DNA of 64,000 nucleotides from a virus. Lineage: Duplodnaviria > Heunggongvirae > Uroviricota > Caudoviricetes. Of the stretch, positions 1-11,800 are shown in pieces. Numbering within the stretch: position 1 is the stretch's first letter; the number at the start of each line of letters is the position of its first letter. Where the stretch lies: the IMG/VR virus record IMGVR_UViG_3300042894_001948; one strand, written 5' to 3'. Both the position numbers and the translations under genes were made by a program. Below the pieces are notes generated by a model. It did no database searches, was not told the origin of the DNA, and was given only the letters and a program-made list of their open reading frames with translations.

Positions 1-2
1 AA

Positions 3-128
3 AAACTTAAAGAGTTTAAAGCTGCTAATAAGATTATGCTACGAACGTTTATAGAAGACATTAGTTCGACCGATACTAAAATGTCCGGTCGAATTAATGA
101 AGATACTATTTTGTTAAAAATAGGTTAA
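3..128 (+). CDS. C-terminal end of an upstream gene (partial, 41 codons open to the window edge), convergent with the giant minus-strand gene
   Basis: Frame-3 reading is open from the window edge to a TAA at 126-128 (…KMSGRINEDTILLKIG*). The short length makes this weak. Confidence 0.3.
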   Translation, partial: KLKEFKAANKIMLRTFIEDISSTDTKMSGRINEDTILLKIG

Positions 129-3100
129 GTTATAGTAACAGTAATAGTTCCAAATTTAGCAAATGCGCCACCTGACGCACCAGTAACTTTAATTGTTAAC
201 GATGCACCTGCAGTTAATAGAATAGTACTAGTTTCTCCATTGCCTGTTGCTTCGTCATTATCTTGATATGCACTATTATTTAACGATAATCTACAGTCAA
301 ACCCAGTTGCGGTAACTGTATAGGTCCTTGTATGTGTTGCAGTATAAGTAAACGTTAAAATTTGCGTAGCATATGTTGATGTACCAGTAAACGGTGTAGG
401 CGGTGCAAATGTCGGTAGATCAGTAACAACAGTTATACTTTTAGTTGAATTTCCAACGTTGTTATATGCACCAACAGTAACAATGTACGAAGCACCAGGG
501 GTGCATCCATTAAATGTATAAGTAGTTACAGTACCAGCCATAGGGAACGGATTTGCTAAAATATTACCGTAAGTAGAATTACTTGCACTAGCGTATATTA
601 ACGTTACCACACCACCACCGGCTGCATATGACCAAGAAATAGATATCGAAGTTGACGTTTTTGATACCAATGTCATCGTTAATGCACCTGGGGCTATATT
701 TTTAGTTGTTATTGTATATCTTCCTGTTTGTCCACCAACTGTAACGTCAATATATGTCGATGTAAGCGGTAACGAACTTGAAGTGCCGCCTGGTTGGAGT
801 GCAATTTGCCCACTAGCATTGGATTGTATTAAATCTGAAGAGGTAATATTAACTTGTGGAACACCTGCATACACGTATTTATTTGTTGCAGTACCCGAAA
901 CTGAAACTGTAAAATTATACAACGGTTCTAATCCAGATGCGTTTACCATTGCAGCTTGATACGTAGTACTTAAATTAGCACCAGTAATAGATCCAAACGT
1001 AAATGCATCCGCGGATGTATCTGCTGATCTAGTAGTAAGTTTCCATGTTCCTGATCCTCCTCCGACTGTTAGCGTAACTGTTCTAGATATACCTAAATCT
1101 GCTATCGCTGTCGCAACTTTAGCATACAATTGTCCACTACTATTAGTTGTGACAGTAATTGCAGAACCCGACGACGGTGTACTACTAGAAGATGCTGACC
1201 CAACTAAAAATACATTTGGATAAGTAGCATCACCTGACGCACTTATTGAAACACTAATTGGAGCATTAGCCGACATTCCAGATATTACAATTTCTTCTGA
1301 AACATAATATGCTTTATTATTAGCACCTGTTGTATTTGTAAATGAAAATGCATTTGGAGTTAAATCCGGAGTCGGAGTTACTGTTATAGTATTTGATGAT
1401 GCACTATACCCTGCAGCGTTAGACACTGCAACGTATATTGAATATGGTGTACTCCAGTTAATTGTTCCAGATAATCTTCCCGAATATGGAGGAGATGCAC
1501 TAATCCAGGTAGTTGTTAAATCTCCAGGATTTGGTGTAGTCCATATTGCGTAACTACTCCATGGTCCGCCTGTATTAGTACCTACTGTAAATCCAAAATC
1601 AATAAATCCTAATCCGCTAGCTATATATGACAAAGTTACAGTTACAACTGGAGCAGTTAACACTGGAGTTGCAGAAAATACTGAAGCTGAACCATTTGCA
1701 GTGCTATTACCTGCATATACTGAAAATAAGTATTGTGTACCATTAGTTAACCCAATATATGTAAACGTACCACTGCTAATGTTAGCATTTGACCCCGGGG
1801 TGCCGCCATTCATAACTGAAGCTACAAATTCAACCGGACCAGCTGTACTTGCTCCAAGTGTATAAGGAAACGATATCGATCCGTTTTGTGCAGTAACTGT
1901 TCCGATCGCCGGAGTCACATTCGGAGCCAATTTTGGTACAATTACAGTATTTGATGTAGCAGTGTACGCTGATAATGAAGAAGTAACTGTACAATACCAA
2001 GTTCCCCACCAAGTTCCCCAAACAGCATTTGATGTACCCATGTAATATGCAGTACTAGTACCATTATTAAGAATTGTCATAGGGGATGGTGAATTGAGAC
2101 CGGACATATTACCAGTGCCGGTACCGACAATATTAAAGGTATCCGTAGGCCATGCATTTGTAATAGAAACAGCCATTTCTCGAGTAGTTATATTAAATGA
2201 TATCGACACTGCTGGAATTGGATATACAGTTACCGTACCTGTAGTTCGTGTATGTCCGTTAGGACTAAATGTAGCCATAAACTGACAAGTACCACGAGCA
2301 CCCACCATATAAACTGTACTAGCACTTCCATTAGAATTTACTAGCAGACCGCTTAAAAATACAACGTCAGTTATATTGCCATTTGAGTTAACCGTTTGCA
2401 GTGTAACTGTACTGTTAGCTATTGCGCCAGTAATATTTAATGTTGCCGTTGATCCTACAGACATTGATGAAGGACTTACTGTAAATACTTCGTTTGCAGT
2501 AGTCCTAACACTATAGGTTTCAGTCCGTGACCCGACTGTATATGTCATAGAAGTAACTGTATTATAACTATTACTTGTTTGCAATACTAACTGCATTACG
2601 AATGACCCAGATGGACTAGTAGTTACAGTAGCTGATGTAGATAGTGGAGCACCTACTGTGGTGTAGGTTCCTGCGAAAAACGACCCCCCTGATGAACTAA
2701 CATTTATTGAGTAGTTGTGCTCTAAATCGGTAACATATGCTGCCGCTGAAGAAACTGTAGAGTTAATTGGAATTAAATAATCGGTTGATTCATCCCATGA
2801 CGCTAGTGGAAGAGTTGGATAGATATCCGCAGCTCTTGTTGTTGCTGTAAATACAGGATTACGGGTTCTTGATCCTACTGTTATCGATACTGTACATGTT
2901 GTACTAAATGTAGTTGGCATACGAACACCAAATGTAAGAGCAACTGACCCTGTACTATCTGTATTAATTGTAAGACTTGAATTAGTGTTTTCAGTTACAG
3001 AAGTTGCACCAGTAACACTCATACCACTAAATGCTTCAAAATTTGTAGATGACCAAGAAATTGTTATAGGGCAATTTTTAGACATTCCTGAAATCATTTG

Positions 3101-6100
3101 GCTTGCAGGATAGATCATGGCAAGCGGTTCTAAATTGTACGGACTTCCTGAATTGATAACTTCTATAACTGCAAATGTATCTGGATAGATGTCTGCATTT
3201 TGTGTAACAGTCTCTGAGTATCTTGTATGACCACTAGAATTAAATGTAGCGCGTAATCGATATGTTCCATATCCTGCTATAGTAAGTGTGATAGTTGCAG
3301 TACCAGTTGCCGATAATGCGCTAGTACGCACTAGTGTAGCTTGTATAGTGCCAGTTACATCATCTACATAAACCATATGCCAATCGTTGTCATTAGCTCC
3401 TGAAACTGTATATGTAATAGAAGCTCCATCAGTTATAGTACGTGTTCCAGCAGTAACACTAATTACTTCATTAACTTCAGATCGTACAGTCCATAATCCG
3501 GTATAAGTTCCTACAGTAAACGACATAGTAGTATCAGTTTTATAAGAGCCAGATGCAGTTAATTTTATGCCTAACATAAACTCTCCAAGTGAATTAGTAG
3601 TAGCAGTACCTGAAGCTGCATATCCTGCCATTCCGTCACCAACTACTAACCCGTTTGATGCACTAATATTTACAGTCCAATCTGGCTCTAATCTCTGCAT
3701 TACGTGAGTGGTATTTGCATTTGTCCCTAATGGATGATTATAAAACATATCCGGACTCCACGCCTCTGGAGTTAAGTCTGGATTTAACGAAGTATCGGTA
3801 ATTGACATAGTGGTATTTGACGTTGCAAAGTCACCAGTTGGTGATCCAGTTAATTGGAAAGACATTGTTTCTGGTGTACTTTCAGTTAAATGATCAGTTG
3901 CAATAGTAAACGATACAGTTGCAACACCGCTATTTACAATAAATGACCCAGTTAATGCAGGTGTCATACTTACAACTGTACCGCCAGTTGAAGTATACGA
4001 CATTGCAGAAAAGTCAGCAGCTGATACGCCTGTTATACTCCAATTATACGATGTATTAGTTGCTACATTAGTTGTTGAAATCCCAAATGATCCAGTATTT
4101 GAACCAGCGGTTTCAGTAACTGTAGCTCCGCTTCGTGTATATGTAAATAGCGGCATTGGGGTTACATACGCAGATGTTGTTGCTGCACTACTTATTCCGT
4201 TGTATACGTTTTTAGCATAAATAGAAAAGGTTCTAGTTCCTGACAATCGAGAATTGTTTGCAGACAAATCGCCTAATACAACTGATCCAGAAGTTATACC
4301 AGTTTTTGTTTGTCCGGTATCTGCAGTTACAGTATATGTATAAAGTGAATTATATGTCCATGATATAGTTGCAATACCTGTCCCGCCTACTGCAGATGGG
4401 TTAGATGGCGGATTTGGATCTCTAGTAGTTACCGAAAATGTTCTAGAACCTGCCCCTATTGTAAATGTACTAGTAACTGTATTTGTTTCATTTGGTGATG
4501 CATTCATTCTAGGCTGAAATACAATGTTACCACTACTATCCGGAATTACAGTTGCAGTTGTCACCCACCCTGTTGTTAACGATAATGTTCCAGTTTGGAA
4601 TGACCCATTTGATGCAGAAACAGTTACACCTCCACCGGTGCTATATCCAGGTGTAAATGTTCCAATTGTTACTGATGAACCGGCAACAGCTGTTGCATTT
4701 GGTTCTTGATTAGTAACACTTACAAATGCTGAAGTTATTGGATCTGGTTTTAAATCTGGAAGTGTTGTAATAGTGTTATCTACATAGATATTTCCTGCCC
4801 TGTTGTAGGTATAAATTCTTATTGTATAACCAGTCCATCCTATTAAGTTTGTGTTAGTTACAGTTGAAATAATCGAATTTGCTAATAACCCACTGTCAAA
4901 AACTTGCGACATATCACTTGTTAAGTATGCATACACTCGATAATTATCTACAGTTCTAGTTGGTGTTGTAACTGCTTTTGTCCATGATATAGAAATAGAA
5001 TTCATATCAGGAGTTAAAATTACACCCGTAACATTTACTGGTACTTCTGGCCACGATGTTTCAGTAGCAGTACCTGATTTTACAGATTCACCACCTGCAT
5101 TTACTGCTGCAACTTGATACGAATGTGCCGTATATGCGGTTATACCGGTATTATCAATAAACGGTGATGTTTTAGTGCCTACTGATGCGCCGTCTTTGTA
5201 TATTACATAAGATGTTGCTCCAACGGTAGTGCCCCATGTAACTGTAATACTTGTTTGACTTGTTGCAACCGCAGATGGCGCTGCTGGTTGAACAGTTTTA
5301 GTAGTAAACGATAATACAGCACTAACAGCAGTGCCTGCTTCATTATTAGTATCAACATATACATTGTAAACTGTGTTAGCTACTAATACAGATGTCGAAG
5401 TATTACCAACTGTTGTGTTTCCTAATAATCCGCTATTATATTTTTCAACACCGTCGGCCTGTAACAATACTCTTACTCGTTGACTAATAATAACCGGACT
5501 TGCAGATTTAGTCCATGTTACTGCTACAGTAGATGATGTTATATTTGTTAATGCGCCGTAACTTACAGCTGTTGCTGCAATTGGAAAATCTGGTAACGAT
5601 TTTGTTGCTGTACTAGCAGCCGAAATGGTTCCAACTCCGCTAGTACTTCTACCTTTAATTTTATACGTATGAGTAGAGTAAGTAACAACTGTATGATCAT
5701 ATGGAATTTGAACATTAGTTGTAATTAGTGTATCTACTGCAGAAATAACTTCGTATATATCATATGACGATGCATAAGATGCATTTGCAGTTACCCTTAA
5801 AATATTTTTACTTATTACAGTAATTACCGGAGTAGCTGGAGTTAACGGTATTATTTCTAATGTTAGTAACTCTGTAATTGTTTCTGCAGTTGGTAAAGGA
5901 GTTACTGCAGTATTTGATGCTAATAAATGTACAATATAATTAGCAGTGGTACTAATAGTAGTAGTTCCAGTACCCCACGTACCCGGATTTGATGGATAAA
6001 AAACAACAGCATGTGTTGCATCAGCACTAGAAATAATTTGAAAGTAACCATTATATGCAGTGTTACTGTTTCCGGCAATACGACACCACGAATTAACAGA

Positions 6101-7714
6101 TAGTACAGTTCCTATTGTTGAATATAAGTATGAAACTGAATATCCAGCAACACTGTTATATGTAACTGTAGTTGGTGTACTTGCTGCAGATATTGGTTGT
6201 GTCTTTACTATAACATTATTATTAGATACAGCATCGTTAACAATAGTTGTAGTTCCGGTACCGTATGTGCCTAACGCAGTAGTACCGGCATAAAATACAG
6301 TAGCATGGGTTGCATCTGCACTAGAAATAACTTGTACGTGTTTGTTATATGCAGTATTACTATTATTCTCAATACGGTACCATGATCCGGTAGTTAATGC
6401 AGCTCCTAATGATGAATACGTATATGCTACTGAATAACCGTATATGCTATTAATAGTAATCGGTACACCAGTTAACGAAAATGTTTCAACTTTCATAATT
6501 GTCGTAGTACCGGTACCCCATGTTCCGGGAGTTGTTCCTGGATAAAATACTACTGCATGAGTAGCATCAGCACTAGAAATAACCTGTACATTAGCATTGT
6601 ATAGTGGATTACTGTTTCCTTCAATACAATACCAAACATTTGTGATAAGTGCTGCACCAATTGACGAATAAGTATATTCTACTGAAAACCCAGTTACTCC
6701 GTTAAATGTAGTTGATGTTGGTGCGCCTGCTGCAGATATCTTTTCAACTTTTAGAATAGTAGTAGGACTAAACGTAGTTATTCCAAATACTTCAGGAGTT
6801 GTTGGGTAAAATACAGAAGCAGTAGTTCCATTAACACTAATAACTTGTACAGGAATATTATACAATAAGTTTGTATTTCCAGATATGCGATACCACGCAT
6901 TAGCAGTTAATGATGTACCTGAATGAGTAAAGTCTACTGAAAATCCAGGTGTACTATTGTAAGTAACTGCAATTGGTAAACTTGAAGAAATTATATACGG
7001 TAATATTTGAGATCCATTAAATGCAACTGCTGTCGGTATTCCTGCTGCAGATATTGTTTCAATTTTCATAATTAATGTAGTACCAGAACCCCATGCTCCG
7101 GGAGTTGTTCCCGGATAAAATAAGACTGCATGAGTTGCATCGGCACTAGAAATGACCTGCACTACTTTGTTATATAATGTGTTGCTATTTCCAGATAATC
7201 GATACCATGTATCAGCAGTTAACGCAACACCAAATGTTGAATATGTAAATGCTACTGAAAATCCTGCTACAGTTTTAAATGTTGTAGAAGTCGGAGTACC
7301 TGCTGCAGATATTGTAGGAAATGAACTCAACCCTGTTAAATTAGCAGTAGTTGCTAACGGTAGTGTTGTAAAATTTTGAGGAGTCCCGTAAACAATTGTA
7401 TCGGTTTTGGCATCTGTTACTGTAACTGTATACTTATTACAAATACCTTCTGAATCTCCCCATGATACTGTAGCAGACGATTGTGTAATAAGAGTAAACG
7501 TTGGATTTTTTGGTTTTCCAATATTTGATTTACCAAATCCGTCCCATAATGAAATTTTTGATAGATTATCTGGTTTTTGTAATAAATTTCTTACAGTAAC
7601 TTGATTTAACGATACTAATACAGTTGGATCAAAAAATAACTCAACATTAACTTGTGACATTGAAATTGAATTTTGTTGGTTGGTATTTGGATTTCGTTCT
7701 AATGGTAATGTCAT
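125..7714 (-). CDS. Giant fibre/adhesin-like virion structural protein (2529 aa), Ser/Thr/Gly/Val/Asn-rich, with about 5 tandem copies of a ~100-aa domain
   Basis: Uninterrupted 7.6-kb ORF. Beta-rich low-charge composition is typical of phage fibres. The repeated motif reads …YS.LG.ALT…WY.I.GNSN.LYN..VQVISSADATHAVVFYPGTTPGTWGTGTTTI…. Its ATG overlaps the stop of the upstream gene (TAATG). Confidence 0.8.
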   Translation of the reverse strand: MTLPLERNPNTNQQNSISMSQVNVELFFDPTVLVSLNQVTVRNLLQKPDNLSKISLWDGFGKSNIGKPKNPTFTLITQSSATVSWGDSEGICNKYTVTVTDAKTDTIVYGTPQNFTTLPLATTANLTGLSSFPTISAAGTPTSTTFKTVAGFSVAFTYSTFGVALTADTWYRLSGNSNTLYNKVVQVISSADATHAVLFYPGTTPGAWGSGTTLIMKIETISAAGIPTAVAFNGSQILPYIISSSLPIAVTYNSTPGFSVDFTHSGTSLTANAWYRISGNTNLLYNIPVQVISVNGTTASVFYPTTPEVFGITTFSPTTILKVEKISAAGAPTSTTFNGVTGFSVEYTYSSIGAALITNVWYCIEGNSNPLYNANVQVISSADATHAVVFYPGTTPGTWGTGTTTIMKVETFSLTGVPITINSIYGYSVAYTYSSLGAALTTGSWYRIENNSNTAYNKHVQVISSADATHATVFYAGTTALGTYGTGTTTIVNDAVSNNNVIVKTQPISAASTPTTVTYNSVAGYSVSYLYSTIGTVLSVNSWCRIAGNSNTAYNGYFQIISSADATHAVVFYPSNPGTWGTGTTTISTTANYIVHLLASNTAVTPLPTAETITELLTLEIIPLTPATPVITVISKNILRVTANASYASSYDIYEVISAVDTLITTNVQIPYDHTVVTYSTHTYKIKGRSTSGVGTISAASTATKSLPDFPIAATAVSYGALTNITSSTVAVTWTKSASPVIISQRVRVLLQADGVEKYNSGLLGNTTVGNTSTSVLVANTVYNVYVDTNNEAGTAVSAVLSFTTKTVQPAAPSAVATSQTSITVTWGTTVGATSYVIYKDGASVGTKTSPFIDNTGITAYTAHSYQVAAVNAGGESVKSGTATETSWPEVPVNVTGVILTPDMNSISISWTKAVTTPTRTVDNYRVYAYLTSDMSQVFDSGLLANSIISTVTNTNLIGWTGYTIRIYTYNRAGNIYVDNTITTLPDLKPDPITSAFVSVTNQEPNATAVAGSSVTIGTFTPGYSTGGGVTVSASNGSFQTGTLSLTTGWVTTATVIPDSSGNIVFQPRMNASPNETNTVTSTFTIGAGSRTFSVTTRDPNPPSNPSAVGGTGIATISWTYNSLYTYTVTADTGQTKTGITSGSVVLGDLSANNSRLSGTRTFSIYAKNVYNGISSAATTSAYVTPMPLFTYTRSGATVTETAGSNTGSFGISTTNVATNTSYNWSITGVSAADFSAMSYTSTGGTVVSMTPALTGSFIVNSGVATVSFTIATDHLTESTPETMSFQLTGSPTGDFATSNTTMSITDTSLNPDLTPEAWSPDMFYNHPLGTNANTTHVMQRLEPDWTVNISASNGLVVGDGMAGYAASGTATTNSLGEFMLGIKLTASGSYKTDTTMSFTVGTYTGLWTVRSEVNEVISVTAGTRTITDGASITYTVSGANDNDWHMVYVDDVTGTIQATLVRTSALSATGTATITLTIAGYGTYRLRATFNSSGHTRYSETVTQNADIYPDTFAVIEVINSGSPYNLEPLAMIYPASQMISGMSKNCPITISWSSTNFEAFSGMSVTGATSVTENTNSSLTINTDSTGSVALTFGVRMPTTFSTTCTVSITVGSRTRNPVFTATTRAADIYPTLPLASWDESTDYLIPINSTVSSAAAYVTDLEHNYSINVSSSGGSFFAGTYTTVGAPLSTSATVTTSPSGSFVMQLVLQTSNSYNTVTSMTYTVGSRTETYSVRTTANEVFTVSPSSMSVGSTATLNITGAIANSTVTLQTVNSNGNITDVVFLSGLLVNSNGSASTVYMVGARGTCQFMATFSPNGHTRTTGTVTVYPIPAVSISFNITTREMAVSITNAWPTDTFNIVGTGTGNMSGLNSPSPMTILNNGTSTAYYMGTSNAVWGTWWGTWYCTVTSSLSAYTATSNTVIVPKLAPNVTPAIGTVTAQNGSISFPYTLGASTAGPVEFVASVMNGGTPGSNANISSGTFTYIGLTNGTQYLFSVYAGNSTANGSASVFSATPVLTAPVVTVTLSYIASGLGFIDFGFTVGTNTGGPWSSYAIWTTPNPGDLTTTWISASPPYSGRLSGTINWSTPYSIYVAVSNAAGYSASSNTITVTPTPDLTPNAFSFTNTTGANNKAYYVSEEIVISGMSANAPISVSISASGDATYPNVFLVGSASSSSTPSSGSAITVTTNSSGQLYAKVATAIADLGISRTVTLTVGGGSGTWKLTTRSADTSADAFTFGSITGANLSTTYQAAMVNASGLEPLYNFTVSVSGTATNKYVYAGVPQVNITSSDLIQSNASGQIALQPGGTSSSLPLTSTYIDVTVGGQTGRYTITTKNIAPGALTMTLVSKTSTSISISWSYAAGGGVVTLIYASASNSTYGNILANPFPMAGTVTTYTFNGCTPGASYIVTVGAYNNVGNSTKSITVVTDLPTFAPPTPFTGTSTYATQILTFTYTATHTRTYTVTATGFDCRLSLNNSAYQDNDEATGNGETSTILLTAGASLTIKVTGASGGAFAKFGTITVTIT
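5900..7350 (-). repeat. Tandem in-frame repeats of ~300 nt (~100 aa) inside the 2529-aa gene, ~5 copies at 60-85 % nucleotide identity
   Basis: Near-identical DNA blocks recur near 5945, 6238, 6519, 6790 and 7085, e.g. 'cc(a/g)gtacc(c/g)catg(t/c)tccgggagttgttcc(t/c)ggataaaata…gcatgagt(a/t)gcatc(a/g)gcactagaaat(a/g)acctg'. Protein-level repeats cover aa ~125-600. Confidence 0.7.
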
Positions 7715-8784
7715 TATGTGTTACCTTTTAGTTTGTTAATTTCAACTTGCTGTTCCTTAATACATTCTATTAATAACGGTATTAACTTTGAATAATCAAC
7801 AGCTAACATTCCGGTATCTCGTTTATTTACTGCCTCTGGCAATACTGATTGTACTTCCTGAGCTACTACTCCAACATCATATTCTTTAAATAAAGATTGA
7901 TCTTGTGTTGCATAGAATTCTCTATTCCATTTAAATGTATTACCAGATAATGCCATTAATTTTTCAATTGGATTAGTGATAGGAGTAATATTTTCTTTTA
8001 ATCGGTTATCTGATAAACTATACGCAGTAACGTTACCTGTAGCAGATATATCTCCACCAACACTTATATTTCCTGTTGTAGAAATAGCCAACGGCGCAGA
8101 AAATGAACTAGATGCAGTGAGAGCCGCAGCAGCAGTTGATGAGGTAAATGTCGGATTTAATACATACGCAACTGTACCGGATCCGTTAAATGTAACTGTT
8201 TCTGAAGTATTGTTTATAGTGTTCAATGATATAGACGAATTTAGCGTTAACGTTTTATTGTCAGAAGCACTATCTAGTGTCATTGATTTATTTACAGTTA
8301 ACGTTTTACTATCAACACCTGCTAATGTTATTGTATTGTTTACAGTAAATACTTTTGTATCAAGAATTGTTAAGGTTGATCCATTTGCAGGAGCAGTAAC
8401 ATTTAATCGATTAAGGGTATTTGAATAACTTGGATACCATTCACCGATATTGTTACTAACTACATATGTTAAGTATAACGGTTTACCTATTTCGGCACTA
8501 ATTGCAATTGAAACGTTTCCTGTTGCATTAATAGTAAACTTTCCGGTTGGTATTATTGTAATCTGTCCACCGTTAACAAATGTTACTGGAGGATTAATAT
8601 TTGAAATACTGCTAGTTCCACTAACAAAAGAAATTTGAGTTGATAAACTAATACTATTAGCAGCAGGAATAGTAGGAACAGACGCACCGACATCATCTAC
8701 TCCTAAGTAATCCAAAAACGCTAGCCGACCTAAGTCTCCATTGGTCGGCACTTGATTTGGTTTTGTTCCAATAAAACTACTCAT
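7714..8784 (-). CDS. Tail fibre/tailspike-like protein (356 aa) with a C-terminal intramolecular-chaperone (peptidase S74-like) domain
   Basis: The C-terminus reads …YSLSDNRLKENITPI…LMALSGNTFKWN…VGVVAQEV…, matching the S-D-x-R-L-K-E-N-I auto-processing chaperone signature of endosialidase-type fibres. A good SD (TAAGGAG) precedes the ATG. Confidence 0.65.
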   Translation of the reverse strand: MSSFIGTKPNQVPTNGDLGRLAFLDYLGVDDVGASVPTIPAANSISLSTQISFVSGTSSISNINPPVTFVNGGQITIIPTGKFTINATGNVSIAISAEIGKPLYLTYVVSNNIGEWYPSYSNTLNRLNVTAPANGSTLTILDTKVFTVNNTITLAGVDSKTLTVNKSMTLDSASDNKTLTLNSSISLNTINNTSETVTFNGSGTVAYVLNPTFTSSTAAAALTASSSFSAPLAISTTGNISVGGDISATGNVTAYSLSDNRLKENITPITNPIEKLMALSGNTFKWNREFYATQDQSLFKEYDVGVVAQEVQSVLPEAVNKRDTGMLAVDYSKLIPLLIECIKEQQVEINKLKGNT

Positions 8785-8850
8785 TAATTTAACTCCTTAG
8801 AAAGTGTTAATGTATCTTTAAAATTATATTCTTGTCTCATTCTTAATTCC

Positions 8851-11800
8851 TTATTGGGTTGTAATTGCCGTTATTTCTGCATCATTTAATCTTACTGGAT
8901 AATATGCAATTTTAGAAATTGTTTGAGCACCTGTTTCGTTACCTATATTTAACCGTTGCATAGGATTTACAGAATCGACTATATCTGAAGAACTATCAGT
9001 TACTAATGTTGCATTATCACCATTTGAAATATAAGACACTATAGCATTTGTAACAGTGATAACTACACTTGCCGATAAAGTAGTTGATGGTGCTTGTGAA
9101 GTTACTAAGGTGTTTCCTAATACCGAAACAACATAAGTTCCTGCAGGATATGAACCTACTCCGGTTGTTACTGCAATAGATGCACCTGGAAATATTCCAT
9201 TAATTACTGCAATTGATGTAAATGTAGTAGTTGTTGTAGTTGATGCCGATGCAGTAATTACTACTGGTAATAACGTTGATCTGTACGCTACTGCATGAGT
9301 AACTTCATTATTTAAAACTGCAGTAGTTATACTAGAAAGATTAAACTGTGTTGTCGATGTATTAGTTTTACCAACTGCTTTATAAATCATTGACGACGTG
9401 CCAGTAGTTAACCCACCTACTGCGATAGTTGTAGATTGATTAACGTTTTCAATAAACACACCACCATAATCTTTAACTATAATTGACTTATCAATTGCAG
9501 TTGCAGCTTGAGAAATTAATATAGTACCTTCATTTTGATTATACCATCTTGAGAAATTAGTACCGCCAACATAAACCGTATCTGCTTCTCGTGTTACAAT
9601 AGTTGTAACAGTTGGTATATAACTTGTAACCATTCCTCCATCTTCTAATTGCGCACCCCACATTACAATCGAATCACCTGCTGTTTCTAACTTAATACCT
9701 ACACCATGATCTGATGTATTGTCAGTAAAATCATATCTTGTTAGTGTTGTAGTTACTGGAATTGTATACCAAGATGGCTCTGAAGACACAGTTACTTCGG
9801 TATTTGGATCCATTGTGTATTGTATACTTCCTGTTCCTGAAACTCTCTTAATCCATATTGAGAATGTTCTAGGGGTGCCAGAGCTGGCAGGAGCAGATTG
9901 GAACATAATTGTTGCAGGAGCAAGTGCAGTTGTACCGCTATCAGCTGTAAATTTAATTGCAGTAGTTCCATCCGGAGCAACTACACCAGATAATGGATCT
10001 CTTGAAATACGTGTATCATACCATGTTGTAGCATCTGTTATTGCTCCTAACGTGAATAGCGCAGAATATCTTATATAATTAGTTCGACTTTCTTCGATTA
10101 ATAACCCTGATGACATTCTAGTTACTGTATTATATGTAAACCTTGGTTGATTAGCAATTGCAACTTTCATTACTCCTGACATATCATAATATGTACCAAT
10201 TGACTCACGCGTAAATGTAATCCTTGGATCTAATGTTCTACTATTAGCAAAATCAAACATTACGGTTGGTTTTACTTTTGGTCTTGTATCACTTGCTTCT
10301 AATCCTGCACCGGACGATCTAAATGTACCCTGTCTTGCATCAAATGTACTTCCTGTTGGTAAAGTCCATGATCCGGAAATTGTACCAGTAAGGTTAGTAC
10401 CACTGTAATTAAGTGTAGATGCGTTTATTGTATTACCTGAAACATCTAATGTTCCTAAAACTTTAACTACAACTGGTGCTAAATTAGTACCATTACCTAC
10501 TGCAGTTAAAAAGTCAGAAGAACCAGGAGTTGTAAATACTACCTTTATTGTTTCTGCCGCACCTGCTCCTATAGTATCAATAATTTTAGAACCGTCAATT
10601 TTATATTGTTCGGCATTAATATCACCAACATCACCAGTTTTTACTATTCTATTTCTTAGATCATTAGTAGTAGTTGTAGCTATTAAACTATAGGTATTTT
10701 GAGAAGTGGTTGTTCCGTTGTAAGACGCTAACATAACATAATTAGTTAACGCAGTAGTACCACTACCAAATACCGCATTCGTAATACCGTCACCGCCTGT
10801 AACAACTGTACCAAATGATATTTCAGTAGGTGCTACCGATGATCCACTATTATTTCCTAATACATTCCCTGTACTTATTGCAGCTAGTTTACCTAACGCA
10901 ACACCGTTATTTTTAAGATCGATCCAACCGTATGTTGCGTTAAATTGATTACTATTAAAGCTAGCAACACCTAAATTAGCCTGAACAAAACTACTTGGTA
11001 CAGTAGACGCTGTAGGTGCAGCAGTTAGTGCGAGTTTACTTTGATCAACTGCAGCAGTTGAACTAACCATACTGTTAACAATCTTACCAGCACCGATTAT
11101 AGAAGTTAAATTGTAATATGTTATTCCGGAAATTGTTTCAGAAACAACCGATAACGTTATATCTCCGATAATCGTTTTATTACGCCATTTATACTCTGTT
11201 GACAATCCACTGTCAGTTGGTCCAATTACATATGATAACACTTGTGCAGATTGTGGAGTACCTGTTACTTTAACATCACCTAACTTTGAAACTGCATCTT
11301 TTGACGATATTTGAGTATCTACATAACCTTTAGTTGCAGCATCTGAATCTACTGCAGGTCCATTTAAGCCAGTAATTCGATGCTCGCCATTCATGTTAAT
11401 AGGGCCGTTCATAGCAGTAATACCATTTAATGGTAAGAATCCAGGTCCAATAATTGACGTAAACGGCATCAATGAACCACCGTGATCTAATCCTAATCGT
11501 TTATCAATATACCCACGTACTGCACTTTGAACAGGAACAATTTCAGATGCATTGTTAGTTAATGATGAATCAGATGAAAACTCGTTAACAACAACCCCTC
11601 TACTAAAACCAAACCCTTCGATGTTTGATAACGAAATCTTAGCACTAAACGTTACAGTACCAGTACCTTGGTCTACTGAGAAGAAACGTCCTACTCTAAA
11701 TATACCATCTTGATTAGTTGAAACGTAAAAACAACGTCCTACACCTTCGTCTAATGTTTCGTGTGCAGGGTTTCTTGCTAATGCAGGATCACCGTAGATT

